Origin: Octopus vulgaris
Taxonomy: Eukaryota
Direction of reading: 5' to 3'
Length of the DNA: 64,000 nucleotides
Assembly (NCBI GenBank): GCA_951406725.2
Contig: OX597830.1
Span: forward strand, 22,320,001 to 22,384,000
Numbering within the stretch: position 1 is the first letter of the stretch; each line of letters opens with the position of its first letter. Of this stretch, positions 14,701-26,640 are shown piece after piece. The position numbers were made by a program, and so were the translations under genes. The notes below the pieces were generated by a model that ran no database searches, was not told the origin of the DNA, and saw only the letters and a list, made by a program, of their open reading frames with translations.

Positions 14701-17700
14701 CAATATAATAAATAAATAAAACATGCATACATACATACATATATGTACATACCTACATCTATATGTATATATACATGCATATATGAGTACAGAATACCAC
14801 AAATAAACGTAGAACACCACAAGAAACGAAAACATAAAACCAAACAAAGAAACGGACTTTTTTAACAACGAAAAAAACAGAGTACAAGACACACAACACA
14901 AGGAACATTCTCCTTCTTCAGCTGCCCCTGTTTCAACTCAATGCATGTTTCAAAGGTATATATTGTTGTATTTAGGAATGGTCATATATGTATGTATGTA
15001 TATATTTACATAAGCATTATTTATGGGATAACCTAATATATTATTTTAGTAGGACGGCAAGCTGGCAGAAATGTTAGCATGCTAGGTGAAATGCTTAGTG
15101 GTATTTCGTATGCCTCTACAATCTGAGTTCAAATTCCGCTGAGGTTGGCTTTGCCTTTCATCCTTTTGGGGTTGATTAAGTTAGTATTAGTTATGCACTG
15201 GGGTTTATGTAATCAACTTATTCCCTTTGTCTGTTCTTGTTTGTCCCCTCTAAGTTTATCTCCCCCCCCCCCCGTTGGCAATAAATAAATAAATATATTA
15301 TTTTACAAAATTATGATTTACTCATTCTTCCAGCTGATGCATCTTTAATCTATATGTTCTTCTTGCAGATATCTCTAGTCCTAAAGATATTTTGCGTGTG
15401 AAGGTATACATTACACACGTAATTGTAAAAACACTGGAGCTCAATCAACAGACAGAAAAACTTCTCAGAGAAGGTAAAGATCAGAAATTTCCTTTTTTTT
15501 TTCCCTGTACTTTTACTATTCACATAATTTACAGGTGAACACAGTTGTGTTGTCATTGTCATCATCATTGCCACTACCACCTCATCACATACATTGTTTT
15601 CTTTTCATGCCTGCATCAGTTTGCTGAATCTTCAATGCAGTCTCTCCCACTTATTATCTCCTTTCTGAGGTGCAAGAATCTGTGATCAGTTTTCACCACT
15701 TTTGCCTCTGTCTTCCTTTTTTTGCAGATTCCTTCACTTGAATCTCTTCATGCTTCTTTATTCAACTGTCTTTTTTTCATATACTTCATGTGTTTATAGC
15801 AAGATGTTTTGCTCTCTTGTACGCTACATCTGATTCCTCTTGTATCCAGTTTTTGTCTTACTGTTTTGTATATACTAACATGATGTCCTAAAACCAAGAT
15901 GCCACGTAAAAAGCACCCAGTACACTCTGTAAAGTAGGTCACGTTGGGAAGGGCATCCAGCTGTAGAAACTAAGCTAAAACAGACTATGGAACCTAGTGT
16001 GGCCCCTGGCCTTGCAGGTTCCTGTCAAGCCATCCAACCCATGCCAGCATGGGTTAAATGATGATGAAAATAACATTACATATCTAGCATGATGTCTTCA
16101 CTTCACTTCATTTCTTTTAAGCCTTTTACATCCTCTGCCTTTAATGCTTATGTTTTGCTACCTTGCTACCAGCAATTCATCTAGTTTTCTCAGCAACCAC
16201 CACACTACAGAGTATAGTGAATGCTGGGTATAGGAGCTTACTCATTTCTTAGAACTTCCATCATTATCTCATTAGCAAGAGGGTAATAATGATAGTACTT
16301 CCATAAAACTTAACTGCTACTTCACTAAGCTGATTCTCTTAATCAGTTGGACTACAGCTCTGAGTAACTTTCATAAACTTGTCCATCAATTAGTAGATGC
16401 CTTTCTCTAAAGCATTTTTTTTTACCCTTGTAGCAGCTGATACTGCTATCCCTGTCATTATGACACCTTTCTCTACTAACTGATTGACTTTCAGAGTATC
16501 AAGCATGTGTTCTACATTGCTGGTTATTTTTAGTATCTTTATGACTATCTCTGATCTTCCAGCTGCTTTCCCTACTTACATATTCTTTTATTCTTTTACT
16601 TGTTTCAGTCATTTGACTGCGGCCATGCTGGAGCACTGCCTTTAATCGAGCAACTCGACCCCGGGACTTATTCTTTGTAAGCCCAGTACTTATTCTATTG
16701 GTCTCTTTTGCCGAACCGCTAAGTGACGGGGACATAAACACACCAGCATCGGTTGTCAAGCAATGTTGGGGGGACAAACACACACACGCATATATATATA
16801 TATATATATAGGACGGGTTTCCGTCTACCAAATCCACTCATAAGGCTTTGGTCAGCCCGAGGCTATAGTAGAAGACACTTGCCCAAGGTGCCACGCAGTG
16901 GGACTGAACCCGGAACCATGTGGTTGGTAAACAAGCTACTTACCACACAGCCACTCCTGCGTAGTGTTTAATTATATTTTGAACTGCACAGCTGTCAACT
17001 TAAATAGTTGGCTCCTCTGTTGGATCTGCTTGGGGTAGTCCTTCTCTTGTTCCATACATACATACTTATTCAACAACCTCTTATTGTTATTTTCCCATAT
17101 CTCTTTCCTCTTGGCTTCGGTGTGGGCCAGTGTGCTGCTCTCATTCCATACAATTTTTCCTTAACAATGGCTTCATTTGTATGAACATACTACTTTGCAT
17201 TCCTGACTACTTCCTGCATCTGATCCTCTCTTGCTTTCAGGTTCTCTCCATTACTACATATGCCTGAATTTTACTTTTCCATCTTTACTTGTTCTTTGTG
17301 TTTGAGGAGGCTAGCTAAGGCTACCTTCCAGCTTACCTGTTGTACACAGCATTCTCCTCATCTTGACTCGAGTATCTCTATAATTTCTTCAGATATACTT
17401 TTCATCATACCAAAGTCCTGAAGCTTTGTAGATGACAGGAAAAAATGAGTTTCTAATGATGTGTGGGTTGTTTGATGTCCATTTCTAGTGCGGCGGGCGA
17501 AATGCTTAGCGGTATTTCGTCTGTCGTTATGTTCTGAGTTCAAATTCTGCCGAGGTCAACTTTGCCTTTCATCCTTTCGGGATCGATAAATAAAGTACCA
17601 GTTTCGCACTGGGGTCGATGTAATCGACTTGATCCCTTTGTCTGTCCTTGTTTGTCCCCTTTATGTTTAACCCCTTGTGGGCAATAAAGAAATATATATT

Positions 17701-18157
17701 GTAAAGTTAAACTATTTGTGGTAGTGGTGGTGGTGGGTTCTCCTTGATTGTAAGCCAGATGCTTCCATCTGGACTCCTCACTACCATTCACAGCACTAAG
17801 ATGGTAAGTGTTAGTCCATTTAACCCTTTAGCATTCAAACTGGCCAAATCTGGCCCCTCACAACAGCCCTACAATATCATCTAAAAATTAACTGTTAGCT
17901 CATCAAAATCTCAAAGCTACAAGATTAAACATGATTTATTCAAAACAACGTGAATGAATAAGCTTACTTTTAATGAAATAATTTGAATGGTAAAGGATTA
18001 AGGCTTTTTTTCAGTTTCTGTCAACTGAATCCACTCACAAGGCTTTGGTTGGTTCAGAACTGCAGAAGATGATGCTTGCCCAAGGTGCCACACTGTGGAC
18101 TGAACCTCAAAGCATGTGATTTGGAAGCAAACTTCTTACTACACAGCCATGCGTGCA

Positions 18158-18202
<45 letters not shown>

Positions 18203-18495
18203 CCGTGACCGACCAGGTTATCAGATGTTGCTACACATCGCTGCTCACAATGCGGTTTGCATTGTTTTAGCCTTCAAATGACGTCACCCCGCTGGCTAAG
18301 CGAGCAGGCCAACAGAAGAAAGAGTGAGAGAAAGTTGTGGCGAAAGAGTACAGCAGGGATCACCACCACCCCCTGCCGGAGCCTCGAGGAGCTTTAGGTG
18401 TTTTCGCTCAATAAACACTCACAATGCCCTGTCTGGGAATCGAAATCGCGATCCTATGACCATGAGTATGCTGCCCAAACCAATGGGCCATTGCA

Positions 18496-18554
<59 letters not shown>

Positions 18555-18775
18555 GCCTGTGTTAAAAAAAAACAAACCTTTTCTTTGTAAAGAAGTTTTC
18601 TTTTGTAGGGATATGTTATCCGAGTGGGCACCAGTTTTACGCTATTATTGATTGATGATTCTGGGTATTATTCATGTGTTTATGTACTAATGTTCTTGGT
18701 TGGTTTGTTTTACCATTTTAGTACTTTTCACTTCCAAAAGTCCAGTTGTCTCTATGGAGACGTCATTCTTTTCCA

Positions 18776-18828
<53 letters not shown>

Positions 18829-20252
18829 CAGAGATGTACTTGCATAGCAAGTGACTTGATATGAGATTGTGTGCTGAAACAAAAAACAATTGCCACACGG
18901 AAGGTGTTTATAAGCCAGTTAAAAACATGCACTTTCCAATGATTTACTTGAATGAACTTTTTTGTTGAATCAATAATCTTTACTGTTGAAATTCCCATCT
19001 TACTACCACTCACTTAAATGTAAGCCATTCATTCATTCATCAATGTATTTTACAACCAACAGCTCAGTATTCTCAGCAAGCACAAGGTAATACACCTGCC
19101 AAGATGCAACACAAATCATTTATTTCCAAATCAGAAATTCCTTTTGAGGTTTGGCTTCCACCTTATCTTTACCAATGTGAGTCACTTTTACTTATTTTGC
19201 TTTTTTTTTTTTGCTTTCTTCCTCCCTCTCCTCCTCCTTCATCCTTTCAGGGTCAATAAAAGTAAATACCAGCTGAGTAATCGACTAACCCCATCCTCAC
19301 AAAATTTCAGGCCTTGTGCTCAAAGCAGAGAAGATTATTATTATTATTATTATTAGTGGCATTTCTTCCTGCTCTTTAGGTTTTGAGTTCAGATTCTGCT
19401 TAGGTTGACTTTATCTTTTATCTTTTTGGGAGTTGATAATATAAGTATCGTGAAACGAGGGGGGTTACTTTGAACAGTTTTAGATTTCTTATTGCAATAA
19501 TTTCATAACCTTTTTTTTCAATCTTAACTAAATTTGGCTATGTTAGGGGAACTAAATAGGTAAACTGATATATGAAATAAAAATAAATTGTAGACAATAT
19601 TTGATTACTTTTTTTTATATAATTGTCACTGTTCAAAGTAACTGTGATTTGGGGTTACTTTAAACAGTAATGTTTTTTTACTTATGTTCAAAAGTTGAAT
19701 ATGTTATTTAGAGGGATAAGTTTTTCCATCAACTGTAAGAGTTGCTTTTAAGTGCTGGACATACGAGGATACTTCTGTAGCACTTAAACATGCTCTGGAT
19801 CTTTTGATATTTTGGCACAGGCGTGATAATAATTGGGATTTGTTTTGCTTTAAAAATGAATTAACCCATTTAGCTGAAGGGAAATTGTTTTTAAATTGTG
19901 TTACAGTGCGACCTTGAGCTGTGATATAAAGAGGAATCAAAATATTATATTTTGTTCTAAGTTACCCCCCATGTTCAAAGTAACCCATTTCATGGTGCCA
20001 GTTAAATACTGGGGTTGATGTAATTGACTAACCCTTAATGTTGCTTTCCTTGTGTCAAATTTCAAAAGAATTATTATTATATAGGCGTAGGAGTGGCTGT
20101 GTGGTAAGTAGGTTGCTAACGAACCACATGGTTCCAGGTTCAGTCCCACTGCGTGGCACCTTGGACAAGTGTCTTCTACTATAGCCTCGGGCCGATCAAA
20201 GCCTTGTGTGTGGATTTGGTAGACAGAAACTGAAAGAAGCCCATCATATATT

Positions 20253-20288
<36 letters not shown>

Positions 20289-23200
20289 CCCATGCTAGCA
20301 TCGAAAGCGGACACTAAATGATGATGATGATGATGTATGTGTGTGTGTCTGTATTTGTCCCACCCCCATCGCTTGACAACCGATGTTGCTGTGTTTACGT
20401 CCCTGTAATTTAGCGGTTTGGCAAAAGAGACCGAAGAATAAGTCCTGGTGACGATTTGCTCGACTAAAGGCAGTGCTCCAGCATGGCCGCAGTCAAATGA
20501 CTGAAACAAGTAAAAGAGTAAATTTACGCAATTAGCTGGCAGAATCATTAGTGTAGTGGACTAAATGCTTAACAGTATTTCTTCTGACTTTTTACATTCT
20601 GTGTTCAAATATTGCCAAAGCTGACTTTTTCATCTTTTTGGGTTTGATATAATAAATGTCAGTTGAGCTTGTGGGGTTGATGTTTTTGAGTTCTCCCTCT
20701 CTTAAAATTGTCAAGCATGCGCCAAAATTTGAAACTTATTATTGTTATGTTTATCACAGCATCTGAAGAAAATTGGAAGAAACTGTCTCTGAATCTCTGC
20801 TATTCAAGTGTCACAGAACTAAACAAGTATTGGCAACTGACCCATCAGCTACAGCTAAAAATATTGTCCGGTCATCTTTTGGAGTTGTTTGCTAATAGCT
20901 TGATGTCTCTGCTGACATCATCTGACATACCAAAAAGGTAATGAGTTTGGTTTCTTAGTATTTTAGTTAACCTCATTTTGTCATTGAGAAATTATTTTGC
21001 TCTTTGTTATGTATCTTTGTTTCTGTGCATGCCTCACAAGAATGCATGGTGTATGTACGTGTATATAAATGTATGTATTGGGTCATCTCATAAATAATGT
21101 AAGGACAATGGGATAAACTACCTGCATCAACTTGCTATAAAAGCAGATAGTGGTTTTACCTTGTACTTATTCTTAGGGCAAGCTTTGAAGAGTGCAATTC
21201 GATTTTAACAGTTATTTTTCCAGTGGTAGTGACAAAGGAGCATATTTGGCATATTTTGCTTTAGGAGTTCAATGCAGACTACACAACGGAGAATACAAGG
21301 AATACTAATGTGGTATATGGAGATCGGACAACAAGCATAAGCCAGTGTCCAGAAATTCCAAGCTGGAAACTACATCCTAGAAGACAAACTTCATCCTGGA
21401 AGATCTGTAGAACTTCACAAGGATGTTGAGGAACTAGCAAAGAAGCTTGGATTTGGTCATTCAACCATTTATTGACACTTGTGTGCCATTGGAAAAGCCA
21501 GCAAATCAGGTCAATAGGTTCCTCACAAACTTTCCAAGTAATTGTGCGACCACATACAGCGAGGATGATAGTCCAAAGGCTGGAGCAGTTTGAATGGAAA
21601 ATGATGCCTCCACCTGTTATATTCACTGGACATTGCCCCTTCTGCTTATCATTTAATCTGCAGTCTTCAAAATCCTTTGGATGGAAAAAATATCAATTTT
21701 GTAATCGAAGACAGAACAGTACTGGGGGAGTATTCTTCATCACAGACAAGTAAATTTTGGAAGAGGGGCCTTGCAAGTCTACCATATAGATGCAAGAGCA
21801 TTGTAGAAAATGAAAGAGAGTATATTTTAGATTAAAAAAAGAAACTTTATCTTAATTTTGTAAAAATAATATAAGTATAAAAAAGCCACGTTATTTATCA
21901 GATAACCCAATATTTATATGGTTATGTATTTGCATGAATGAGAAAATTGCATGTTTGAGTTTTCTTATGATATTTTCATGTTAACCATGAGGTTTCCATG
22001 CAGCTTGCAAGACTATGGACCTTGTGTAGGATGGAAGAATTTCATGCTAGCTTAATAAGGAATAGAGAAAGGTGAAGTGCAAGAGAAAAGGGCTGGAGCA
22101 GAGTAGGTTTCTTGCTGAAGAGCTACATGACTACTCGTGTTTTATAAGTGAGTGTTTGGGTGGGGGAGGCTGAAAAGTGATATAATTGGTAATGAAATGT
22201 TAGAGTAAATTGTTGAGCTGGCAGAAACGTTAGCATGCCAGGCGAAATGCGTAGCCGTATTTCGTCTGCTGTTACGTTCTGAGTTCAAATTCCGCCGAGG
22301 TCGACTTTGCCTTTCATCCTTTCAGGGTTGATAAATTAAGTACCAGTTACGCACTGGGGGCGATGTAATCGACTTAATCCGTGTCTGTCCTTGTTTAGCC
22401 CCTTGTGGATAGTAAAGAAATAGGTATATTAGTGGGTAGAAATGAGTGGGGATTATCTGATAGTGTAGAGCAGCAAAATAGAAAATGATGATACAGTAAA
22501 CAGGAGAAATGACATGCTGTTGAGTAGGTTGCAGGAGTGGATATGGGAAGAGAGAGAGAGTGGGGGGCAGGAGCAGTGTATGAAAAAGGGTGGGATGGAT
22601 GGTGGTGGTGGAGGAGAGATAATCTGATAGAACTTTCATCTCTGTAGAGCCCTGGCAAAGATAAGAGAAATAGCAGTAATACACTGATGTGTTAAATCAA
22701 TTTACTGTATTGAAGTTTATGAGTTTAGATTAGTTTTTGTGCTGCGAGAGAAAGGCGGCGAGCTGGCAGAAATGTTAGCACGTCGGCAAAATGCTTAGCG
22801 GCATTTCGTGTGCTGTTACGTTCCGAGTTCAAATTCCACCAACATCGACTTTGCCTTTCATCCTTTGGGGTCGATAAATTAAGTATCAGTTACACACTGG
22901 GGTCGATGTAATCGACTTAATCCATTTGTCTGTCCTTGTTTGTCCCCTCTATGTTTAGCCCTTTGTGGGCAATAAAGAAATAAGAGAGAGAGCTGATGTT
23001 TTGGGATAGGATAGTGATTTAAAAACTTTCCTTTCAAGGAAAAGGGCAGCCCTTAAGCATTAGAGATCTCTTCTCTGCATGACATACAAACATCCAACCT
23101 AATCAGTTTTACTGAATAAGTTTTTGATGGTGCAGACTATTGCCATCTATTTTTATTATATGTTAATTGCCAAAAGTATCTTGTTCTCTATATGACTTTG

Positions 23201-23337
23201 TACTGAAGACAGAAATTATTTTATTTATTTTTTCTTTTAGTGACAAAGTGATTATCTTCCGGGTACTTCAAGGTATTTTGTGGCACAATGGAGAGCAGTT
23301 TCCCATATTACTTAAACCCAGAAGTTCCACTAGTTAA
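1311..23337 (+). CDS. TEDC2: Spliced gene, TEDC2/C16orf59-like (tubulin epsilon and delta complex protein 2). Exons 1311-1363, 4768-4866, [5560-5585 or 8276-8385], 9039-9127, 9845-10338, 12209-12338, 14189-14294, 15369-15473, (19063-19086?), 20760-20937, 23241-23337; about 458-486 aa
   Basis: All exons have AG/GT boundaries and compatible phases from ATG 1311 to TAA 23335-23337. Collinear similarity to human TEDC2 as recalled: LTSVLEYILQYVEGKKEELE ~ LVAELQGALDACAQRQLQLE; LAEIELIDRVLKKA ~ LKELEFLTQALEKA; FTLPTNIKSLWKEKYSLRQKI ~ LRLPAAFRKAASQNSSLWAQL; LCYSSVTELNKY ~ LVYSSTQELQTL; IFRVLQGILWHNGEQFPILLK ~ LCRAVHSLLCEGGARVLTILR. No database search was run. Confidence 0.72.
2001..2390. repeat. ~42-bp tandem minisatellite (ataaatgtcccgtcctctcggatattgtgtatcgtagggtatcc), interrupted by a SINE
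   Basis: One unit at ~2001-2040 and three units at ~2251-2390; explains the LRYTI repeats of ORF 2253-2738. Confidence 0.8.
2041..2250 (+). mobile_element. SINE family A
   Basis: Matches 595-826 in the opposite orientation. Confidence 0.85.
2951..3170 (+). mobile_element. SINE family A variant with A-rich tail
   Basis: Same head and core; tail aaatttcgggccttgtgcctagagt. Confidence 0.8.
3467..4731 (-). mobile_element. Full-length degenerate mariner transposon (1265 bp)
   Basis: TIRs ttgggttggcaagaaagtaat / attactttcttgccaacccaa flanked by TA; broken transposase (REIAKKLNVSHTTIENHLK; DYPLFQSLQNSL; FYEHGIVKLPERWQKIIKQNGKYI). Confidence 0.92.
4768..4866 (+). CDS. TEDC2: TEDC2-like exon 2
   Basis: Acceptor tttttttgtccgtag|, donor cc|gtaagt, open frame LTSVLEYILQYVEGKKEELESRSVENKKLFKKP. 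Confidence 0.8.
5870..6430 (-). mobile_element. Decayed RTE-type LINE C-terminal fragment
   Basis: Minus-strand HVIKMS*ERITRWILQAEPTGIKPRKRTRMKW resembles the RTE C-terminal GHV.RM...R..GRP..W region. Confidence 0.45.
6592..6850 (+). mobile_element. RTE 3'-UTR/tail repeat ending in (gat)n; further copies at ~6920-7140, 7403-7594, 7808-7990, 10600-11000, 13050-13470, 13850-14043, 15895-16066
   Basis: Matches the reverse complement of the 3' end of the full RTE at 29455-29700 (ggagtggttggcgttaggaagggcatccagc...aacccatgctagcatggaaagcggacgttaaa(tga)n). Confidence 0.85.
7749..8487 (+). mobile_element. Non-autonomous Helitron containing an RTE tail and an exon-like segment
   Basis: a|TCtcttatataaa start; subterminal hairpin cccgggcaaggccggg then atactgCTAG|t; same end type as 24628-25029. 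Confidence 0.7.
9039..9127 (+). CDS. TEDC2: TEDC2-like exon 4
   Basis: poly-T cattgtag| acceptor, ADVCSLTEEQLAEIELIDRVLKKADITWRK, donor aag|gttggt. Confidence 0.8.
9845..10338 (+). CDS. TEDC2: TEDC2-like exon 5 (K/S-rich linker)
   Basis: ttcttctcgtttctag-type acceptor, 494-nt open frame containing ORF 10007-10342, donor cag|gtaac. Confidence 0.8.
11625..11850 (-). mobile_element. Decayed LINE (RTE-like) 3' end
   Basis: Minus strand ends in agtaagtagtag tail after a DRHL..KLV-like peptide remnant. Confidence 0.35.
12209..12338 (+). CDS. TEDC2: TEDC2-like exon 6
   Basis: gtccacag| ... gaa|gtaatt; SCFTLPTNIKSLWKEKYSLRQKIRKLSQ. Confidence 0.8.
12391..12620. repeat. Inverted pair of RTE tails forming a ~100-bp-arm hairpin
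   Basis: 12391-12491 is approximately the reverse complement of 12515-12620; 23-nt spacer. Confidence 0.85.
14189..14294 (+). CDS. TEDC2: TEDC2-like exon 7
   Basis: ttttcattgcag| ... tccg|gtatgt; IESSFPCGKLQVQLLSKQYDDLNKLLQTLDY. Confidence 0.75.
15050..15295 (+). mobile_element. SINE family A; further + strand copies at ~17487-17695, 20530-20740, 22214-22425, 22752-22985, 25257-25460
   Basis: Same head, core and tail sequence. Confidence 0.8.
15369..15473 (+). CDS. TEDC2: TEDC2-like exon 8
   Basis: ttcttcttgcag| ... gaag|gtaaag; DISSPKDILRVKVYITHVIVKTLELNQQTEKLLRE. Confidence 0.75.
16585..16960 (-). mobile_element. tRNA-derived SINE family B (gcaggagtggctgtgtggtaag...accttgggcaagtgtc)
   Basis: tRNA-like head, CORE-like accttgggcaagt; reverse complement of 20083-20521. 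Confidence 0.85.
17824..17997. mobile_element. piggyBac-type MITE
   Basis: TTAA|ccctttagcattc ... gaatggtaaagga|TTAA; a partial copy ends near 12092. Confidence 0.7.
18202..18498 (-). mobile_element. tRNA-derived SINE family C within (TA)n
   Basis: Minus-strand head aggtgcaatggcccattgg...atttcgattccc; flanked by TA microsatellites. Confidence 0.7.
19448..19995 (-). mobile_element. Internally deleted pogo/Tigger-like DNA transposon nested in a SINE
   Basis: Ends cgtgaaacg..gggttactttgaaca / tgttcaaagtaacccatttcatgg; CENP-B HTH peptide FKNNFPSAKWVNSFLKQN..RLCQNIKRSRA; splits the SINE motif aagTA|ccag. Confidence 0.8.
20083..20521 (+). mobile_element. SINE family B
   Basis: Full head-to-tail match to 16585-16960. 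Confidence 0.85.
20760..20937 (+). CDS. TEDC2: TEDC2-like penultimate exon
   Basis: ttatcacag| ... aaag|gtaatg; contains LCYSSVTEL motif. Confidence 0.8.
21078..21910 (+). mobile_element. Internally deleted mariner (833 bp)
   Basis: TA|ttgggtcatctcataaataatg ... cgttatttatcagataacccaa|TA; RPHTARMIVQRLEQFEW and YSLDIAPSAY remnants. Confidence 0.85.
23241..23337 (+). CDS. TEDC2: TEDC2-like last coding exon
   Basis: tttcttttag| acceptor; DKVIIFRVLQGILWHNGEQFPILLKPRSSTS-stop. Confidence 0.8.
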
Positions 23338-23599
23338 CAGTTATCACCTACCAATTGCTCTTCTGGAAGAGCAATGAATTATATCCAAACTTGGGAGAAA
23401 AGCCCTTTGGAGTAAGTCAACTTTTACTCACATCTGATGGAAATGAAGAAGAAAACTTCAGAGTAGAAGACTTGAGTATGGCTTTTCATAAAATGATACC
23501 ACAATTGATGAAAAACATTAGTGTGACTGACTTTTCATGAATTCTATCACTTAAGTGTGGTTTCCTGTTGGTGGGAAGGGTCACACATATTTAACTTGC

Positions 23600-23990
23600 T
23601 GTTAATAGGAGGACATGTAGCTTTCTGTGAACAGGAAGATGTGTGTGATTTTTCATTAACAAGGGAAAATCCCTGATTCAGAGAGATCTCTATCAATAGC
23701 AGTGGAAGGTAAGGTGAGCATTCCTGTGTATTTATGTTGGTATTTTGACTGTAGTGAGTGCTGAAGATATTGCTGAGAGGTTTTCTTTTGGTGTGGGTTT
23801 TGTATCAGGGCCTGTTGGTCTTGGTAGTGGTGATGATGATGCTTCTTCCGTATTTGTTGCTTTGGATTTTGCTGTTGTGTTTGAGGTGTTGGCAATGAAG
23901 GCACTTCTTCCTTTCGATCTTTGTTCTGGGAAGAAAACCCTTTAAATGCTTAAAGGTACCACATAATGTACAAATTTGATGTATTTTCAT
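23600..23990 (-). mobile_element. Possible decayed LINE ORF1 remnant just after the TEDC2 stop codon
   Basis: CTLCGTFKHL degenerate zinc knuckle followed by a P/T/S-rich tract, as at 58169-58400. Confidence 0.3.
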
Positions 23991-24627
23991 GTATGTGAAT
24001 TAAGAAATAATGAAATTATCAAAAGATGAGAAGTGAAAAATCTTGTGTAAATGTAGGACACAGCTTTTGGCTACAACAAGAATAATCTCTACAGAGAGCT
24101 GAATGCCGGGCTTTCTGTAAGCTGACTAAAAAATTCTAGAACATTCCATAAAACCTTTACATGTGAAAATTAAGCTTTTCTTTTTTGTCTGTCAAAAACT
24201 GGCATCAAAGATTGGCTATCAAATATAATTGGTTGGTATTATAATAGAGTCCAGGGATATAGTCAAAATTAATTCCACTTGACATTATCAAATATTGTAA
24301 TATTGATCACTAATGGTAATTATCTCTGGTCAACATTATCAAATATAATAATATTATTCACCAACAGTTTTGACATTTAAACTTACAACATTCCAGGTTT
24401 GAATTCAAGGAAGTTCTCTCTGCTACTGTATTGGTATGAATTCTTCCTAGAAGCATGTATTTGTGTCTCTTTTCTTAGTTTCCTCTTCCTTAAGGCATAA
24501 GGCTACAACCATTTAATGACCTTCCTCTCTTCACATTCCATATCAAAGCACTAACATCTTTCAAACACTTCTTGGCCTTTATCAGGACTGGATTGTCTAC
24601 TTTTAAGGGTTTTTTTAAATATATAAA

Positions 24628-25029
24628 CTAGCAGTATCGCCCGACGTTGCTCGGGTTTGTAAGGGAAATAACTATATAAGCATTTTTAGAGATGTAAAGT
24701 ATAATAGCCATCTCAATATGGCTAACCACAAAGGGGGGTGTTACTGTAGCTTTTTACGTTCTGAGATTTAATAATACATTTTTAGAGAGTTACTTCCCTT
24801 ATATAATAGCAAAAAATGCATTAAAAATGGGAAAAAATTATGGTAATTTTTTTTTAAATCGTAGACTCATCGTAGACGCGCGCTAATACCCAGAAGGGCT
24901 CGATATGAATCACGACTATAAGATACCCGCTTTTGGTTACACTGCACCGCAAAATGTGGGAGTAGTTAGGAATCTAAATCGTAGGAGACAGACACACAAC
25001 TTCACTTTTATATATAAGGATTATATAGA
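24628..25029 (-). mobile_element. Non-autonomous Helitron
   Basis: Minus strand a|TCtatata... hairpin cccgagcaacgtcggg ... atactgCTAG|t. Confidence 0.8.
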
Positions 25030-25654
25030 TTTTTGAAAAATTTATTTATAAATTAGGGTTTCCTCTGAATCTTTACTTTCTCTCCTGGTAGAAAATTTGA
25101 ACTTACCAAATTATGTCTCTTCTCCTTATTGAAATGGCTGATGATGGTACCCACCATTCTATGTGCTATTGTTGTATGATTTGTAACAGATGTGTTCTTG
25201 TTGTTGTTGCTGTTCTTCAAGTTGTTCATATTGTTATTATTATTATCACTGCTATTAAGGTGGTGAACCGGCAGAATTGTTAGCATGCTGGACGAAACAC
25301 TTAGTGGTATTTCGCCTATCCAAATTCCGCCAAGGTCAACTTTGCCTTTCATCCTTTTGGGGTTGATAAATTAATTAGCAGTGAAACAGTGGGGTCGATG
25401 TAATCGACTAGTCCTGTCCCCCCAAATTTCGGGTCTTGTACCTACAGTAGGAAGGATTATTATCACTGCTGTTGTTTATTTTCCCTTCAGTATCAGTGAG
25501 TTGATACGAAGCAAACAGTTGCAGTTTTTTCCTCCACAGTGTTATTGCCATAGATACAACACTTCTTGACATTTTTGTTTCTCCATCCCTCTGTCTGCCC
25601 ACCTGCTTGCCTGTCTGTCTCTCTCTCTCTTTCATATGAACTCTTTTTCACTGC

Positions 25655-26640
25655 CTGTGTTATATTTGTGTGTGCCTTCTTGAGTCTATCAACTGAAACA
25701 GTTTCTTTTCTACTCTTAAGGCCTATGGTGAAAACTTTGTCTGCACATTGCAGAACTTGATAAGGCCTGATCTATGGAGCTGAGAGAAGACCTCTCACTG
25801 AGTTGTTGCATATGAACACACGGGTCCATGAAGCAATGTCCTTTGGTACTGCAGACTTCAGAGATTGTGACCGGGTGTTCATCAGTGGTAAATCATATAA
25901 GTATGATTGCAAATGGTCAACATAGTGAGACAGATCTTTGGTAGCAGTTTTTGTTGATTGTTGAAATAATTATTGGTTTAGCTGGTTTATTCTCGGTACG
26001 ACATGTATTGTGAATCTCACAGTGCCACAGTTTCCTTGTCTCAATGGAACTAAACTTATGAAAGTCGTAAGTGGCAAACGGATGTTTGTATGGATATTGA
26101 AACGCTGGCACTGATGACAGGATTGAGACCAAGTGGTAATATCTTGGCACGTGTCTGGCTAGAAAAAGCGGGCCGTGATGCACTTGACCAAGGCTGCAAT
26201 ACCTGTGTGAGATAAGGAGTGCAAGGTGTTGAACATGCTTCAGCGATGGTTGTCAGGAAGAAGAGGGTGAGGTGATCCTGTAGATATGTCACAAAGGATA
26301 GTTCCATCTGTTGTTGACAAGGGTTAGTACTCCAAACGACGTTGAATGAATGGTGGAGATGAGGTGTCAATTGATTGCAGAAAGGGCTGGTTGGTAGCAA
26401 GCATGGCCAGATCAATTGCAGCTGGAGACAAAAAACAAACTGGAAGTCTTGACAGTGCATCTGCAGGGACATTGTCCACATCAGAAAGGTGGTGTATATC
26501 ACTTGTAAATTGTGAGATAAAGGGTCGAGTATTTGTCTGATTTTGAATGGAGGATGAACGTCAACGGTTTGTGATCTGTGAAAACCACAAAATCACACCA
26601 AACAAGAAAATGGTAAAAATTCAAGACTGCTAGGGAAATG
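25655..26640 (-). mobile_element. Decayed Gypsy pol (RNase H end, integrase zinc-binding domain, integrase C-terminus)
   Basis: DHKPLTF, NVPADALSR, LHSLSHTG..CHQCQ, ETVSVDRLKKA remnants across frames. Confidence 0.75.

Noticed and set aside
14880-14960. CTGAAGA and GAAA motifs on the - strand as a hammerhead
   Set aside because: I could not build stems I-III around them; at most a fragment of a Penelope-derived repeat
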